Shown: positions 1 to 8,141 of the stretch, piece after piece
Numbering within the stretch: position 1 is the stretch's first letter
Layout of the letters: every line of letters begins with the position of its first letter
Assembly: GCA_021735655.1 (NCBI GenBank)
Contig: JAIPGM010000013.1
Span: 1-41,502, forward strand
Direction of reading: 5' to 3'
Length of the DNA: 41,502 nt
Source: Candidatus Omnitrophota bacterium
Lineage (GTDB): Bacteria; Omnitrophota; Gorgyraeia; Duberdicusellales; 4484-171
Position numbers and translations under genes: made by a program
The notes under the pieces: generated by a model
What the model saw: the letters and a program-made list of their open reading frames with translations, nothing else
What the model was told of the DNA's origin: nothing
Database searches by the model: none

Positions 1-126
1 CTCCTTTACGGGGTCAATTAAGCCCCAGAAAAACAATACAACCTATAACCTATCTACTCTGTGACTATCTATTTATTCTACTGATAATCCAGAGTTTTCA
101 CCAACTATCATTGAACAATTATCGTA

Positions 127-1389
127 TCATCTCCTTTTAATTTCAACCTCTATTGGCAAGTCTTCTTTAACTCCTTGTTGACTATCTTCAAAAATAATCA
201 TGCCTCGATAAAAACCTTCGCTTACTTCTTTAGGTATCTGTAATCTAAAAATGAAATTCTTCTCGCGGGCCGAAGGAAGCTTTAAATTTGTATATACTAG
301 TTCAAACCAATCTTTTATCTGGCCGCTAGCTGATAATTTCAAGTTTAACTCTTTATCTAGACGATTTAAAAGAGTGTATTGTTGACTACGCAAAACGCCA
401 CTTACAGTTTCGATTTTTATATCTTTTGGTATTACTTCTAAGGCCGAAAGCAAATTGCCTTGAGATTCTTGGCCGAATTGAGCAACTTTTACTGAAAAAG
501 GAAACTCCTTAACTAATCTACTCGGGCCACGATAGCTAAGACGCAGCTGAGCAATATAATCACCGGCAGCTAATGTATTTGGAAAATGACCAATGAAGTA
601 TCTTCCAGCATTCGCATAAACCATGCCCTTCCCGGATCTTAGGGTTACTTCTCCTTTTCGCTTCTTATCTTTAGTCATTATTAAAACTGTGGCCTCACCG
701 CGAAAATGAACGTTTCCAGTATTTTTAACTAAGGCTGCAAAAAAACTCCCTTTCTGATTAGGGAACTCCTTAACTACTTTTCCTTTTAATCCGTTCGCCT
801 CTACCTCAGTTAAACTTTTAGAATCAATTGGTCCAGAAAAATAAAAAAAATCGTTAACCTCAGCCTGTTTTATTAAAGGTTTACTGCCCTTAACCGTAAT
901 CTGCAATAAAGAGGCTAGACGAAAAGCAACCTTTAACCCCTTTTGAGTGGTCTCTTCTTCACCAATTGGCTCAAACATTACTGCTGCGTAATAGCCACCA
1001 GAAGGAGTTCCAGCCGGAACTCTTAGCCTTAAAGGTATTTTCTTGGTAGCTAAAGGTTTAAGGCTTATTATCTTATCACGCACCTCAATCCAGTTTCCAA
1101 CACCTTTAGGGTCATCGCTAGGTTCAAGAAAAACTAACTCCCCATCCTCGCTCATGTATACTGTCTCGATATAAACCTTAGCCTTTAAGTTCCCATCAGA
1201 CCCAGAATTAGTTAATCTCAAGATAAACGATCTTGAACCTCCAGGATTCGATATAATCTCCAAGCTCGGGGGCTTAACTACCAAAGAAAAGCCTTGAGCC
1301 TGATAAGGCCCAATTAGACAAAAAAGAGTCAAAATTATGAGTAATTTTCGCATTTTATTAGTCTTTATTCTTAACTCATTATATACCAA
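127..1389 (-). CDS. Secreted protein of unknown function with a signal peptide and three tandem ~120-aa Ig-like/PapD-MSP-like beta-sandwich repeats. Start codon is TTG.
   Basis: 420-aa ORF. Hydrophobic leader LLIILTLFCLIGPYQAQG. Three segments each carry an L-x-L-x-N-x-G style beta-sandwich pattern with alternating hydrophobic residues. No catalytic motif recognised. Confidence 0.5.
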   Translation of the reverse strand: MVYNELRIKTNKMRKLLIILTLFCLIGPYQAQGFSLVVKPPSLEIISNPGGSRSFILRLTNSGSDGNLKAKVYIETVYMSEDGELVFLEPSDDPKGVGNWIEVRDKIISLKPLATKKIPLRLRVPAGTPSGGYYAAVMFEPIGEEETTQKGLKVAFRLASLLQITVKGSKPLIKQAEVNDFFYFSGPIDSKSLTEVEANGLKGKVVKEFPNQKGSFFAALVKNTGNVHFRGEATVLIMTKDKKRKGEVTLRSGKGMVYANAGRYFIGHFPNTLAAGDYIAQLRLSYRGPSRLVKEFPFSVKVAQFGQESQGNLLSALEVIPKDIKIETVSGVLRSQQYTLLNRLDKELNLKLSASGQIKDWFELVYTNLKLPSAREKNFIFRLQIPKEVSEGFYRGMIIFEDSQQGVKEDLPIEVEIKRR

Positions 1390-1452
1390 TGATTTATAAT
1401 TGTCAATTTAAAGCTAAAAATTGAAATTAGCTTGTTTTTTCAAACAAAATAT

Positions 1453-1481
1453 GTTACAGTTGAGATGGTTCATTTGATAAT
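1453..1481 (+). promoter_or_regulatory. Putative sigma70-type promoter driving the riboswitch and small-protein transcript.
   Basis: -35-like GTTACA at about 1453-1458, a 17-nt spacer, and -10 GATAAT at about 1476-1481 preceded by TG. The predicted TSS falls at about 1488, at the 5' edge of the aptamer. Confidence 0.35.
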
Positions 1482-1487
1482 TAGTTT

Positions 1488-1572
1488 TCCTTTGATAAAG
1501 GCAAATTTCGAGTGATCGAAAGACGCAAAGCCACCTGTCCTGATTAACAGGAAAGAGGGGTTACCAAAGAAC
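1488..1572 (+). promoter_or_regulatory. Candidate c-di-GMP-I (GEMM) riboswitch aptamer.
   Basis: Ordered conserved blocks: GGCAAA (1500-1505); hairpin UUUCGA-GUGA-UCGAAA with a GNRA tetraloop (1506-1521); G-ACGCAAAGCC (1522-1532); second hairpin CCUGU...ACAGG (1534-1551); GGGGUUACC (1557-1565). These match the recalled Vibrio Vc2 GEMM blocks GGCAAACC...GAAA...GGGACGCAAAGCC...GGGGUUACC in order and spacing. Confidence 0.55.
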
Positions 1573-1582
1573 GTACTCGAAA

Positions 1583-1613
1583 CCCTAAGATTTATTGCCT
1601 TAGGGTTTTTTTA
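1583..1613 (+). terminator. Intrinsic terminator / riboswitch expression platform.
   Basis: 7-bp stem CCCTAAG/CTTAGGG, 9-nt loop, followed by T8. Confidence 0.6.
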
Positions 1614-1615
1614 TT

Positions 1616-1649
1616 AACCCTTCAGTCAATATTGCCTGAAGGGTTTTTT
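1616..1649 (+). terminator. Second terminator-like hairpin, paralogous to the first. It covers the TTG at 1632 and lies just upstream of the ATG at 1662.
   Basis: 8-bp stem CCCTTCAG/CTGAAGGG, 10-nt loop, followed by T6. The loop and 3' arm share ATTGCCT with the first hairpin. Confidence 0.5.
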
Positions 1650-1661
1650 AATTTAAAGACG

Positions 1662-1991
1662 ATGAAAAACACAAGTTTCTACACAAGACGATTTAAAGGG
1701 TTGATGGCGCTAGTATGCGGGGTTTCCGTGGTTGTGGGGGCATTTTTGGCCAATCCTTGCTATGCCAAGGAAAGTAAGAGTTTCAGCATCTCGATAACTA
1801 TTCCCAAAATCATAGAACAAGTAAATAAGCCTCTTAATCCCCCTCTTCTGAGAGCAGAAGAGCCTGAAGAAAAAGACACAGGGGAAAGGGACAAAAAAAA
1901 CGAAGTCGAAGCCGACGAGAGCAATTCAAACAAGCTAGACTACCCTGAAGGCTACACGATAATCGTTAAAACTATTGTCCAAGAGCCTTAA
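1662..1991 (+). CDS. Small secreted acidic protein (~109 aa with signal peptide). Only plus-strand gene in the window. The ORF-track start at 1632 (TTG, inside the hairpin) is replaced by the ATG at 1662.
   Basis: Start MKNTSFYTRRFKGLMALVCGVSVVVGAFLANPCYA is a typical signal peptide (cleavage after CYA). Mature region is rich in E/D/K. Sits directly downstream of the riboswitch and terminator structure. Confidence 0.5.
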   Translation: MKNTSFYTRRFKGLMALVCGVSVVVGAFLANPCYAKESKSFSISITIPKIIEQVNKPLNPPLLRAEEPEEKDTGERDKKNEVEADESNSNKLDYPEGYTIIVKTIVQEP

Positions 1992-2033
1992 TTGTAACCT
2001 AACCCAACCTGAATTTAATCAAGGTATAACTTA

Positions 2034-2684
2034 TTAGGTTTGGAACAAAGTTAAAGTAACCTGTCCTAAATAGTCACCAGCTGGCTTATCCAAGCCAATT
2101 GGCAATACTCCTGGTGCGTCATTAGCATCGCCGGTACCAATGCCATAGAAAATTCTCAACCAACCACCAGCAAGCTCAAGATTAGTATAATCTATTCCAT
2201 CACTGTTAAGATAACTATACTTATTCAAATCAATAGCTGACTGTGGCCCCGTCTGCTTAACAAACACTACGTTGATATTCTGATCTAAGGTCTCCGTTCC
2301 ACCAGTTCTTACTACTGATGTCCTGGTATGTTGTATGGTCCAGCTAGGAACATTAGCAGTAATTCCGACGTCTACAGCATAGGTAAAGTCAGACCTAAAA
2401 ACATTATATTGAGAATCCAACCAAAGTTCTCCAAAGTCAACATTTCCAGCCGGAGACCAATTAGCACCAGCAATCTTGCTAATATCAACGTTAAACCCGT
2501 TCTGTTGCGGTATGTTGGCCTTGACATCATACTTGTCGGTTTGGAGGGCCGTTTGAGCAAAGCTAGTAAAAGCTAAGCTTAATGCTACCAAGAGCAAAAG
2601 ACTGATTTTGTAACTTTTTCGCCACATAACTACTCCTTTTTTTGTCTTGTCCGATTTCTGGACACTAAATATCAATAATCTCAA
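2034..2684 (-). CDS. Secreted beta-rich protein with a fimbrial-subunit-like C-terminal strand (SCPU/Csu/chaperone-usher pilin-like?). Function unknown.
   Basis: Signal peptide LLLLVALSLAFTSFAQT. Gly/Thr/Asn-rich beta composition. C-terminus PAGDYLGQVTLTLFQT resembles the G-x-Y-x-G-x-V-T-x-T-L-x-(Y/F) donor-strand motif of chaperone-usher/SCPU subunits. Confidence 0.45.
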   Translation of the reverse strand: MRLLIFSVQKSDKTKKGVVMWRKSYKISLLLLVALSLAFTSFAQTALQTDKYDVKANIPQQNGFNVDISKIAGANWSPAGNVDFGELWLDSQYNVFRSDFTYAVDVGITANVPSWTIQHTRTSVVRTGGTETLDQNINVVFVKQTGPQSAIDLNKYSYLNSDGIDYTNLELAGGWLRIFYGIGTGDANDAPGVLPIGLDKPAGDYLGQVTLTLFQT

Positions 2685-2805
2685 AAAACCCTTTAAAATA
2701 AGACTAAAATCAACGATGCTAGAATACTGTAAACGCTTTCATTAGAATATAACATGGTATCCTAAAAAAAACAAGTCTAATTTTATGTTATATTTAGGAG
2801 GTAGT

Positions 2806-3603
2806 TTAAGAAGGAAAACTCTCGCTTGTTGAAGGAAATTGGCCATTTTTTACATCCTGAATAAACTTTAAAGTAGCCGAATGCACTTCCTGGCCTAAAC
2901 TTTTATAACGCCGGACGAATTTAAGTTCTTTGCCCGGATAAAGACCAAGAAAATCATAAAGAACTAAAACTTGACCATCACAATATTTACCAGCCCCAAT
3001 GCCAATGGTCGGAATCTTTAAACTTTTAGTAATCTGACGACTGACCGACAAAGGTATACACTCTAAAACTAAACTGAAAACTCCTAAATCCTCTAAAAGC
3101 TTTGCCTGGTTAAATAAATCTTTAGCTGACTTATCATCTTTACCCTGAACCTTATAGCCACCGAGAAGATGAGCAGTCTGAGGAGTAAGTCCGATATGAC
3201 CGACAACCGGAATTTTATTTTTAATTAATTTTTTTACTACCTGGGGACATTTACTAAACCATTCAATTTTAACTGCATCAGCCCCATGAGCAATAAACTT
3301 TTTAGCATAATAAAGGCATTTAGCAGGATCTTTCTGGTAACTAGCATAAGGCATGTCAGCAACTACTAAGGCTCGGGCCACCCCCCTAGCTACAGCTTGT
3401 GTATGATTAAGCATCTCAGCTATAGTTACTTCACGAGTTTCTTTTAATCCCAAAACAACATTAGCTAAAGAATCTCCGACCAAAATTATATCTATACCCG
3501 AAGCATCCAAAATCCGGGCAAAAGAATAATCATAGCAAGTAAGCACAGTTATCTTCTGCTTAGCTTTCTTGGCTAGAATATCTTTAACTTTAACCTTATT
3601 CAT
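2806..3603 (-). CDS. panB: 3-methyl-2-oxobutanoate hydroxymethyltransferase (ketopantoate hydroxymethyltransferase).
   Basis: ITVLTCYDYSFARILDASGIDIILVGDSLANVVLG and ADMPYASY are hallmark PanB blocks. Length 265 aa. Confidence 0.9.
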   Translation of the reverse strand: MNKVKVKDILAKKAKQKITVLTCYDYSFARILDASGIDIILVGDSLANVVLGLKETREVTIAEMLNHTQAVARGVARALVVADMPYASYQKDPAKCLYYAKKFIAHGADAVKIEWFSKCPQVVKKLIKNKIPVVGHIGLTPQTAHLLGGYKVQGKDDKSAKDLFNQAKLLEDLGVFSLVLECIPLSVSRQITKSLKIPTIGIGAGKYCDGQVLVLYDFLGLYPGKELKFVRRYKSLGQEVHSATLKFIQDVKNGQFPSTSESFPS

Positions 3604-4546
3604 AACTAGTTACGATTCCTCCCTCTTCAACAATAAATATTTTCGCTAATGAGGGATTTTTAATCAGAAATTTCTCTATACCCTCTCTGCCACTTATAAA
3701 AAAGGCCGTAGCCAAAGCATCGGCCACAGCGCAACTCTCGGCAATCACACTAACACTTATAATATTGCTACTAGCCGGATATCCGGTACGTGGGTCTATT
3801 AAATGAGAATAACGCTTTCCGTTTCGATCGAAAAACTGCTCATAATTGCCTGAAGTAGCTATTGACTGATTAACTATTACCTTAGTTTCAATTATCTGAC
3901 CACGTTCTCTGGGGTCTCTCACTCCAACCTGCCAAGGTTTAGCGTATTTTTTACCTAAACAATACATATCGCCGCCAGCATTGATTAAGGCCGACTTCAC
4001 ACCCTTTGCTTTTAATTTTAAAACTGCTTTATCAACCATATAACCTTTAGCGATAGCGCCCAAATCAATGACCACGCCTTTTTTATTTATTTTTATGGTT
4101 TGGTTCTCAAGATCAATCTCAAGGCCGCTAATTCCGCCTAAATCCCTAATCTGTTCAATCAAAGTTTGCGAAGGTAGTGACGTTTGATCTGTTTTCTTTA
4201 TTAACCTTTTCCAAAATTTATACAAAATACCCCGACTCACATCAAAGCTACCTTCAGTCAAATCTGTTAACTTTTTAGAAAGCTCTAAAATCTCGATTAA
4301 ATCGTCTGAAGCCTTAAATGGCACAGCATAAGTTCTGTTAAAAACTGAAATCTCTGATTCCGAATCAAAAGCATTAAAAATCTTGTTTAATCTCCTAAAC
4401 TCACTATAAACAATATTTGACGCCTCAGGATTAGGAGATGTTACCTCTAGATAAGTTCCGGCAATTACAAACTTATTTTTATATAGTGGCTTAGAGCAAG
4501 CAACTAAAAAAATTAATAGAATTAAAACTAATAGTTTTCTAATCAT
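3596..4546 (-). CDS. apbE: FAD:protein FMN transferase (ApbE family lipoprotein).
   Basis: Lipoprotein signal LVACS. IDLGAIAKGYMVDKAV is an ApbE signature. Length 316 aa. Confidence 0.85.
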   Translation of the reverse strand: MIRKLLVLILLIFLVACSKPLYKNKFVIAGTYLEVTSPNPEASNIVYSEFRRLNKIFNAFDSESEISVFNRTYAVPFKASDDLIEILELSKKLTDLTEGSFDVSRGILYKFWKRLIKKTDQTSLPSQTLIEQIRDLGGISGLEIDLENQTIKINKKGVVIDLGAIAKGYMVDKAVLKLKAKGVKSALINAGGDMYCLGKKYAKPWQVGVRDPRERGQIIETKVIVNQSIATSGNYEQFFDRNGKRYSHLIDPRTGYPASSNIISVSVIAESCAVADALATAFFISGREGIEKFLIKNPSLAKIFIVEEGGIVTSYE

Positions 4547-4577
4547 GAGTTTTGTTTTAAACCTAAAAACAGGAAAA

Positions 4578-5006
4578 TCACTTGCCTTTCCATTGAGCAG
4601 TTGCCTTATTCTTTATGCCACCACGATTTGAAAATTCACCAATTATGATGATTTCATAAGGATTTAAAACAACTTTTAAATCCTCAAGAATTTTATTAAC
4701 CGCATGTTCATTGTAAACTTTTACACTCCGAAAAGAATAAAGATAATATTTTAAACTCTTCAACTCAATAAGCTTGCGACGGGGAATGTAGCGTATGGTT
4801 AAATTGGCAAAATCAGGTAACCCGGAATAAGGACAGATGCAGGTAAACTCATCGGTAGTTGATTCAACGGTTATTTTACGCTTAGGATACTCATAATCAA
4901 TAACCTGTAAGATACTAGAATCTATATCTTTCGGCAAAAAAGCTTTACCAGCTGTCTTTTTAGCCTTCTTTTCACACTGATCTTGAACTCTATCTTCGTA
5001 AATCAT
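4578..5006 (-). CDS. queF: NADPH-dependent 7-cyano-7-deazaguanine (preQ0) reductase, unimodular type.
   Basis: FTCICPYSGLPDFANLTIRYIP (catalytic Cys). ELKSLKYYLYSFR QueF motif. Length 142 aa. Confidence 0.85.
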   Translation of the reverse strand: MIYEDRVQDQCEKKAKKTAGKAFLPKDIDSSILQVIDYEYPKRKITVESTTDEFTCICPYSGLPDFANLTIRYIPRRKLIELKSLKYYLYSFRSVKVYNEHAVNKILEDLKVVLNPYEIIIIGEFSNRGGIKNKATAQWKGK

Positions 5007-5074
5007 CGGCAGTATTATATCAGATTTTTGGAAATAGGTGAAAACAAAACCTTTTATCTTTTTTTAAACAGTCT

Positions 5075-5827
5075 TTAATGCACTTCAACCCGCTCATAAA
5101 CCGGCTTAGCCCATTTACTTAAGCAATCAGTATCAAAATGATAAGCGGTAAAGCTCCTCAAGATAGACAATATCTCTTCCTGACATTTAACCGGAATTTG
5201 CAAACGGTTAACCATAGTAAATTCGCTATTTTGTATATAGCTAATGCAGCGCGATGCCTGATGGCTCAAAATCCGGACATCTCTAACCTGACTGCGGCAA
5301 CCCGGGCAAACAAACCCCCCCTTAGAGACACTAAAAGTATTCTCTTTCTCTAATACTCGCTGACAACTAATACAATGGTTAAGTTCTGGTTTGAATCCCG
5401 ATAAAGTTAAAAATTTTATTAAGAAAACATAAAAAACCATAGATTCTTTATCATTCTCTAGTAAATTTAAGCAATTTCTCAATAAGTTAAAAACGTAAGG
5501 ATTACTATCCCAAATCTGGGTTACCTTATCGACAAAATTGAATATCTGTCCGGCTATTTTTGCTTTTTCCAAATCTGAACCCAAATAACTATAACCGGAT
5601 ATCATATCCACATGAGAAACAAGCCAGATTTCGCTTTTTTTAGGATAAAAAAGAAATTCGTTAAGGCTAAAAATATCTAATGATGATGAAAATTCACGTT
5701 TATTAGTATAAAACCCTTTTAAGATACCACGGATCTTACCAAAACGCTCAGTATAGATAGTAGCGATTAGACTGGTTTCACGAAAATTGTACCTTTTTAA
5801 AATAAAGCCTATGTCTTTTTTAACCAT
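5075..5827 (-). CDS. recO: DNA repair protein RecO.
   Basis: N-terminal OB-fold pattern GFILKRYNFRETSLIATIYTERFGKIRGILKG. C-terminal Cys4 zinc finger CISCQ...CPGC. Length 250 aa. Confidence 0.8.
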   Translation of the reverse strand: MVKKDIGFILKRYNFRETSLIATIYTERFGKIRGILKGFYTNKREFSSSLDIFSLNEFLFYPKKSEIWLVSHVDMISGYSYLGSDLEKAKIAGQIFNFVDKVTQIWDSNPYVFNLLRNCLNLLENDKESMVFYVFLIKFLTLSGFKPELNHCISCQRVLEKENTFSVSKGGFVCPGCRSQVRDVRILSHQASRCISYIQNSEFTMVNRLQIPVKCQEEILSILRSFTAYHFDTDCLSKWAKPVYERVEVH

Positions 5828-6240
5828 AGTTTTTCCATTAACTCTTTCTGCTTTTTTTCGATCAAATCGCGCTTTTTCTTGCTACGATCATCATAGCCAA
5901 TAAGATGTAAAATTCCGTGCAAGCAATAGAGCAAGACCTCTTTCTGCCAATCAACCTTTAAACTTTTAGCAACTTTTACCGCCTCCTCGACTGACACTAC
6001 TATCTCACCCAAATAATCAGGATCTAGAGGATCAGAAAGATCAAAACTAATAACATCGGTAGGGGTTGTTTTTTTTAAATAACGCTTATTTAAATTAACA
6101 ATAAAAGCGTTATCAACTAAAGTTAAAGATATCGTTTTACTAGGGATTAACAGAAGACCGGCTGCTTTTTCTAAAGATTTACTAAGAGTTTTAAGATTTA
6201 CTCTCTTTATTTTTTGACGGTTTGTTATTTCGATTTTCAT
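5809..6240 (-). CDS. ybeY: rRNA maturation endoribonuclease YbeY.
   Basis: HGILHLIGYDD metal-binding motif (H-x-x-x-H-x-x-G-Y-D). Length 143 aa. Conserved neighbourhood with 7TM-HD and recO. Confidence 0.85.
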   Translation of the reverse strand: MKIEITNRQKIKRVNLKTLSKSLEKAAGLLLIPSKTISLTLVDNAFIVNLNKRYLKKTTPTDVISFDLSDPLDPDYLGEIVVSVEEAVKVAKSLKVDWQKEVLLYCLHGILHLIGYDDRSKKKRDLIEKKQKELMEKLWLKKT

Positions 6241-7582
6241 CTTTAGGGTAGTTCACGCGAGTGTGAAATATAGCATTTAAAATGCGGGTAAAACTTTGGG
6301 TAATTTTTTCAATATCTCTTAAAGTAAGATTACACTCATCCAATTCGCCTTCCATAAACCTTTTCTTAACTACCTCTCTGACCATTTCCTCTATCCGAGC
6401 CGGGGTCGGCTCTTCAAGGGTTCGCGATAAAGCCTCAATCGTATCAGCTAAAGCCACAATGGCAGTTTCTTTAATCTGAGGTTTTGGCCCCGGATAACGA
6501 TATTCTTCTTCATGCTTTCCTTCTGGTTCAAGTTCTTTGGCCCGCTGGTAAAAAAAATAAACTAAGGTTCGTCCATGATGTTGGGCAATAAAATCAATAA
6601 TTTTAGAATTAATTCGGTATTTTTTAGCCAGATCAATCCCATCTTTTACATGGTTAAAAATAATCAACTTACTCATTGAAGGCTTAAGATTTTTATGAAC
6701 ATCACGATAACTAATTAGATTTTCTACAAAATAGTCGGGTTTTATCATCTTGCCAACATCATGATAATATGCACCGACCCGAGCGAGCAAAGGATTCGCG
6801 CCGATAGCTTCTGCAGCAGCTTCACTCAAATTAGCAACCACCAAAGAATGTTGATATGTGCCTGGAGCTGCTAAAATTAACTTCCTTAATAAAGGGTGAT
6901 TAAAATCAGACAACTCAAGCAAAGATACATTAGTAACAACTTTAAATACATATTCAAAAACCGGCTGAAACAACAAAACGATTCCTGAAGATATAACACC
7001 ATTGAGCACGCAAACCTTAAGTAAACTTAAATCAATACCCGATAGAACAAAAAGATTCTGTTCCCTTTCCATAAGAAAGGCTATCAAAAATTGAATAATT
7101 CCGGCAATTAGCCCCGCCTTAATAATCTGAAAACGCCGCCGAGCTCGATAGCTAAGCATAGCCGCAGACAGTGAACCAATGAAAAGACTAATTCCTAAAT
7201 TAAAATTTCCTCCATCGATTCCGGCGCTTAAAGCCGAAATAAAAATAATAAACAACAATGATAACTCTAGGTTGTTGAACAAAAGAGTAATCAGTATTGC
7301 AAAACCAATAGCAATAACGCCATAACCGGAAATTGGGAAAATTACAATGGTCAGGAGCGGTATCAATACAGCAATCGCAGCCAATATTGATAAGTCCAAA
7401 TAATTAGGCAGGTTGTTTATCTTTCTTAAAAAACTGGCATAGATAAAAAGAACTAAGGCTAAGGCCAGAAAAGAAAAATCAATCGAGTAGATAAAAAAAA
7501 CATAGCCAACAATCGAAAAAAAAGTTATACCAATAATAGAATTATCAAAGTTAATCCCTTTTTTAGCTATGGTAATTTTCAT
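6191..7582 (-). CDS. 7TM receptor with intracellular HD hydrolase domain (PgpH/YqfF family).
   Basis: N-terminal polytopic membrane region. C-terminal HD domain (HSLVVANLSEAAAEAIGANPLLARVGAYYHDVGK). Classic position upstream of ybeY. The stop overlaps the ybeY start by about 50 nt. Confidence 0.8.
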   Translation of the reverse strand: MKITIAKKGINFDNSIIGITFFSIVGYVFFIYSIDFSFLALALVLFIYASFLRKINNLPNYLDLSILAAIAVLIPLLTIVIFPISGYGVIAIGFAILITLLFNNLELSLLFIIFISALSAGIDGGNFNLGISLFIGSLSAAMLSYRARRRFQIIKAGLIAGIIQFLIAFLMEREQNLFVLSGIDLSLLKVCVLNGVISSGIVLLFQPVFEYVFKVVTNVSLLELSDFNHPLLRKLILAAPGTYQHSLVVANLSEAAAEAIGANPLLARVGAYYHDVGKMIKPDYFVENLISYRDVHKNLKPSMSKLIIFNHVKDGIDLAKKYRINSKIIDFIAQHHGRTLVYFFYQRAKELEPEGKHEEEYRYPGPKPQIKETAIVALADTIEALSRTLEEPTPARIEEMVREVVKKRFMEGELDECNLTLRDIEKITQSFTRILNAIFHTRVNYPKDENRNNKPSKNKESKS

Positions 7583-7612
7583 AAACTAAACTGCTCTTTA
7601 AACTAAAAACTG

Positions 7613-8110
7613 TTAATCCAAAGTGGGTATTTTCAGCTTAACACCAGGATATACCTTATTCGGACTCTTTAAAACATCTTTATTCACATCATAGATAAAA
7701 TTCCACTTTCTGGTAGTTCCGTAAAATTTATGAGAAATTTTCTGAAGAGTGTCGTTCTTCTTAACCTTATATAATGTATAAGCTTCATCTGTCGACTCAG
7801 CGTCAGACTCATCTAACTGATCCAAAGTAACCACTTCGACGTCAACCTCAGCATCGGTGGTTTCTTGATAAAGCGCATCATCTTTCTGAGCTTTACTTTT
7901 AAACGATCCAAACTCTACTTCGACAACTGATACTTTCCGATTCGGACCTAATTTACTTTCTTTAGATTCAACCTCAGCATCTCCAAAAAGAACCCCTTGA
8001 TTTCCATTAACTTCGGTATCTATTCGGGGCTTTTCGATCTCATAAGTCCGCACAGTCATGCAACCAACTAAAAAAACAACGCTTAATAACACTAAAATAT
8101 TTCTCATCAC
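7613..8110 (-). CDS. Acidic lipoprotein with a C-terminal LysM peptidoglycan-binding domain.
   Basis: Lipobox LVGC. C-terminal YTLYKVKKNDTLQKISHKFYG...YPGVKLKIP is LysM-like. Confidence 0.65.
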   Translation of the reverse strand: MMRNILVLLSVVFLVGCMTVRTYEIEKPRIDTEVNGNQGVLFGDAEVESKESKLGPNRKVSVVEVEFGSFKSKAQKDDALYQETTDAEVDVEVVTLDQLDESDAESTDEAYTLYKVKKNDTLQKISHKFYGTTRKWNFIYDVNKDVLKSPNKVYPGVKLKIPTLD

Positions 8111-8141
8111 TACCCCCTCTTTACTCTTTTATCTATTCTGT

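Noticed and set aside
1-126. GGGG...CCCC hairpin (about 11-30) as a terminator for the 420-aa gene.
   Set aside because: The stem is only about 4 bp. On the minus strand it is preceded rather than followed by the T-run, so it does not fit an intrinsic terminator. Left unannotated.
1632-1661. ORF-track start (TTG, MPEGFFNLKT...) for the plus-strand gene.
   Set aside because: The TTG lies inside the loop and stem of the second terminator-like hairpin. The N-terminal 10 residues are not signal-peptide-like, whereas the ATG at 1662 begins a classic signal peptide. Start moved to 1662.
5007-5074. Possible preQ1 riboswitch upstream of queF.
   Set aside because: The 68-nt gap holds a promoter whose -10 site is 7 nt from the ATG. 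There is no small hairpin plus A-rich tail of preQ1-I, and no space for an aptamer.
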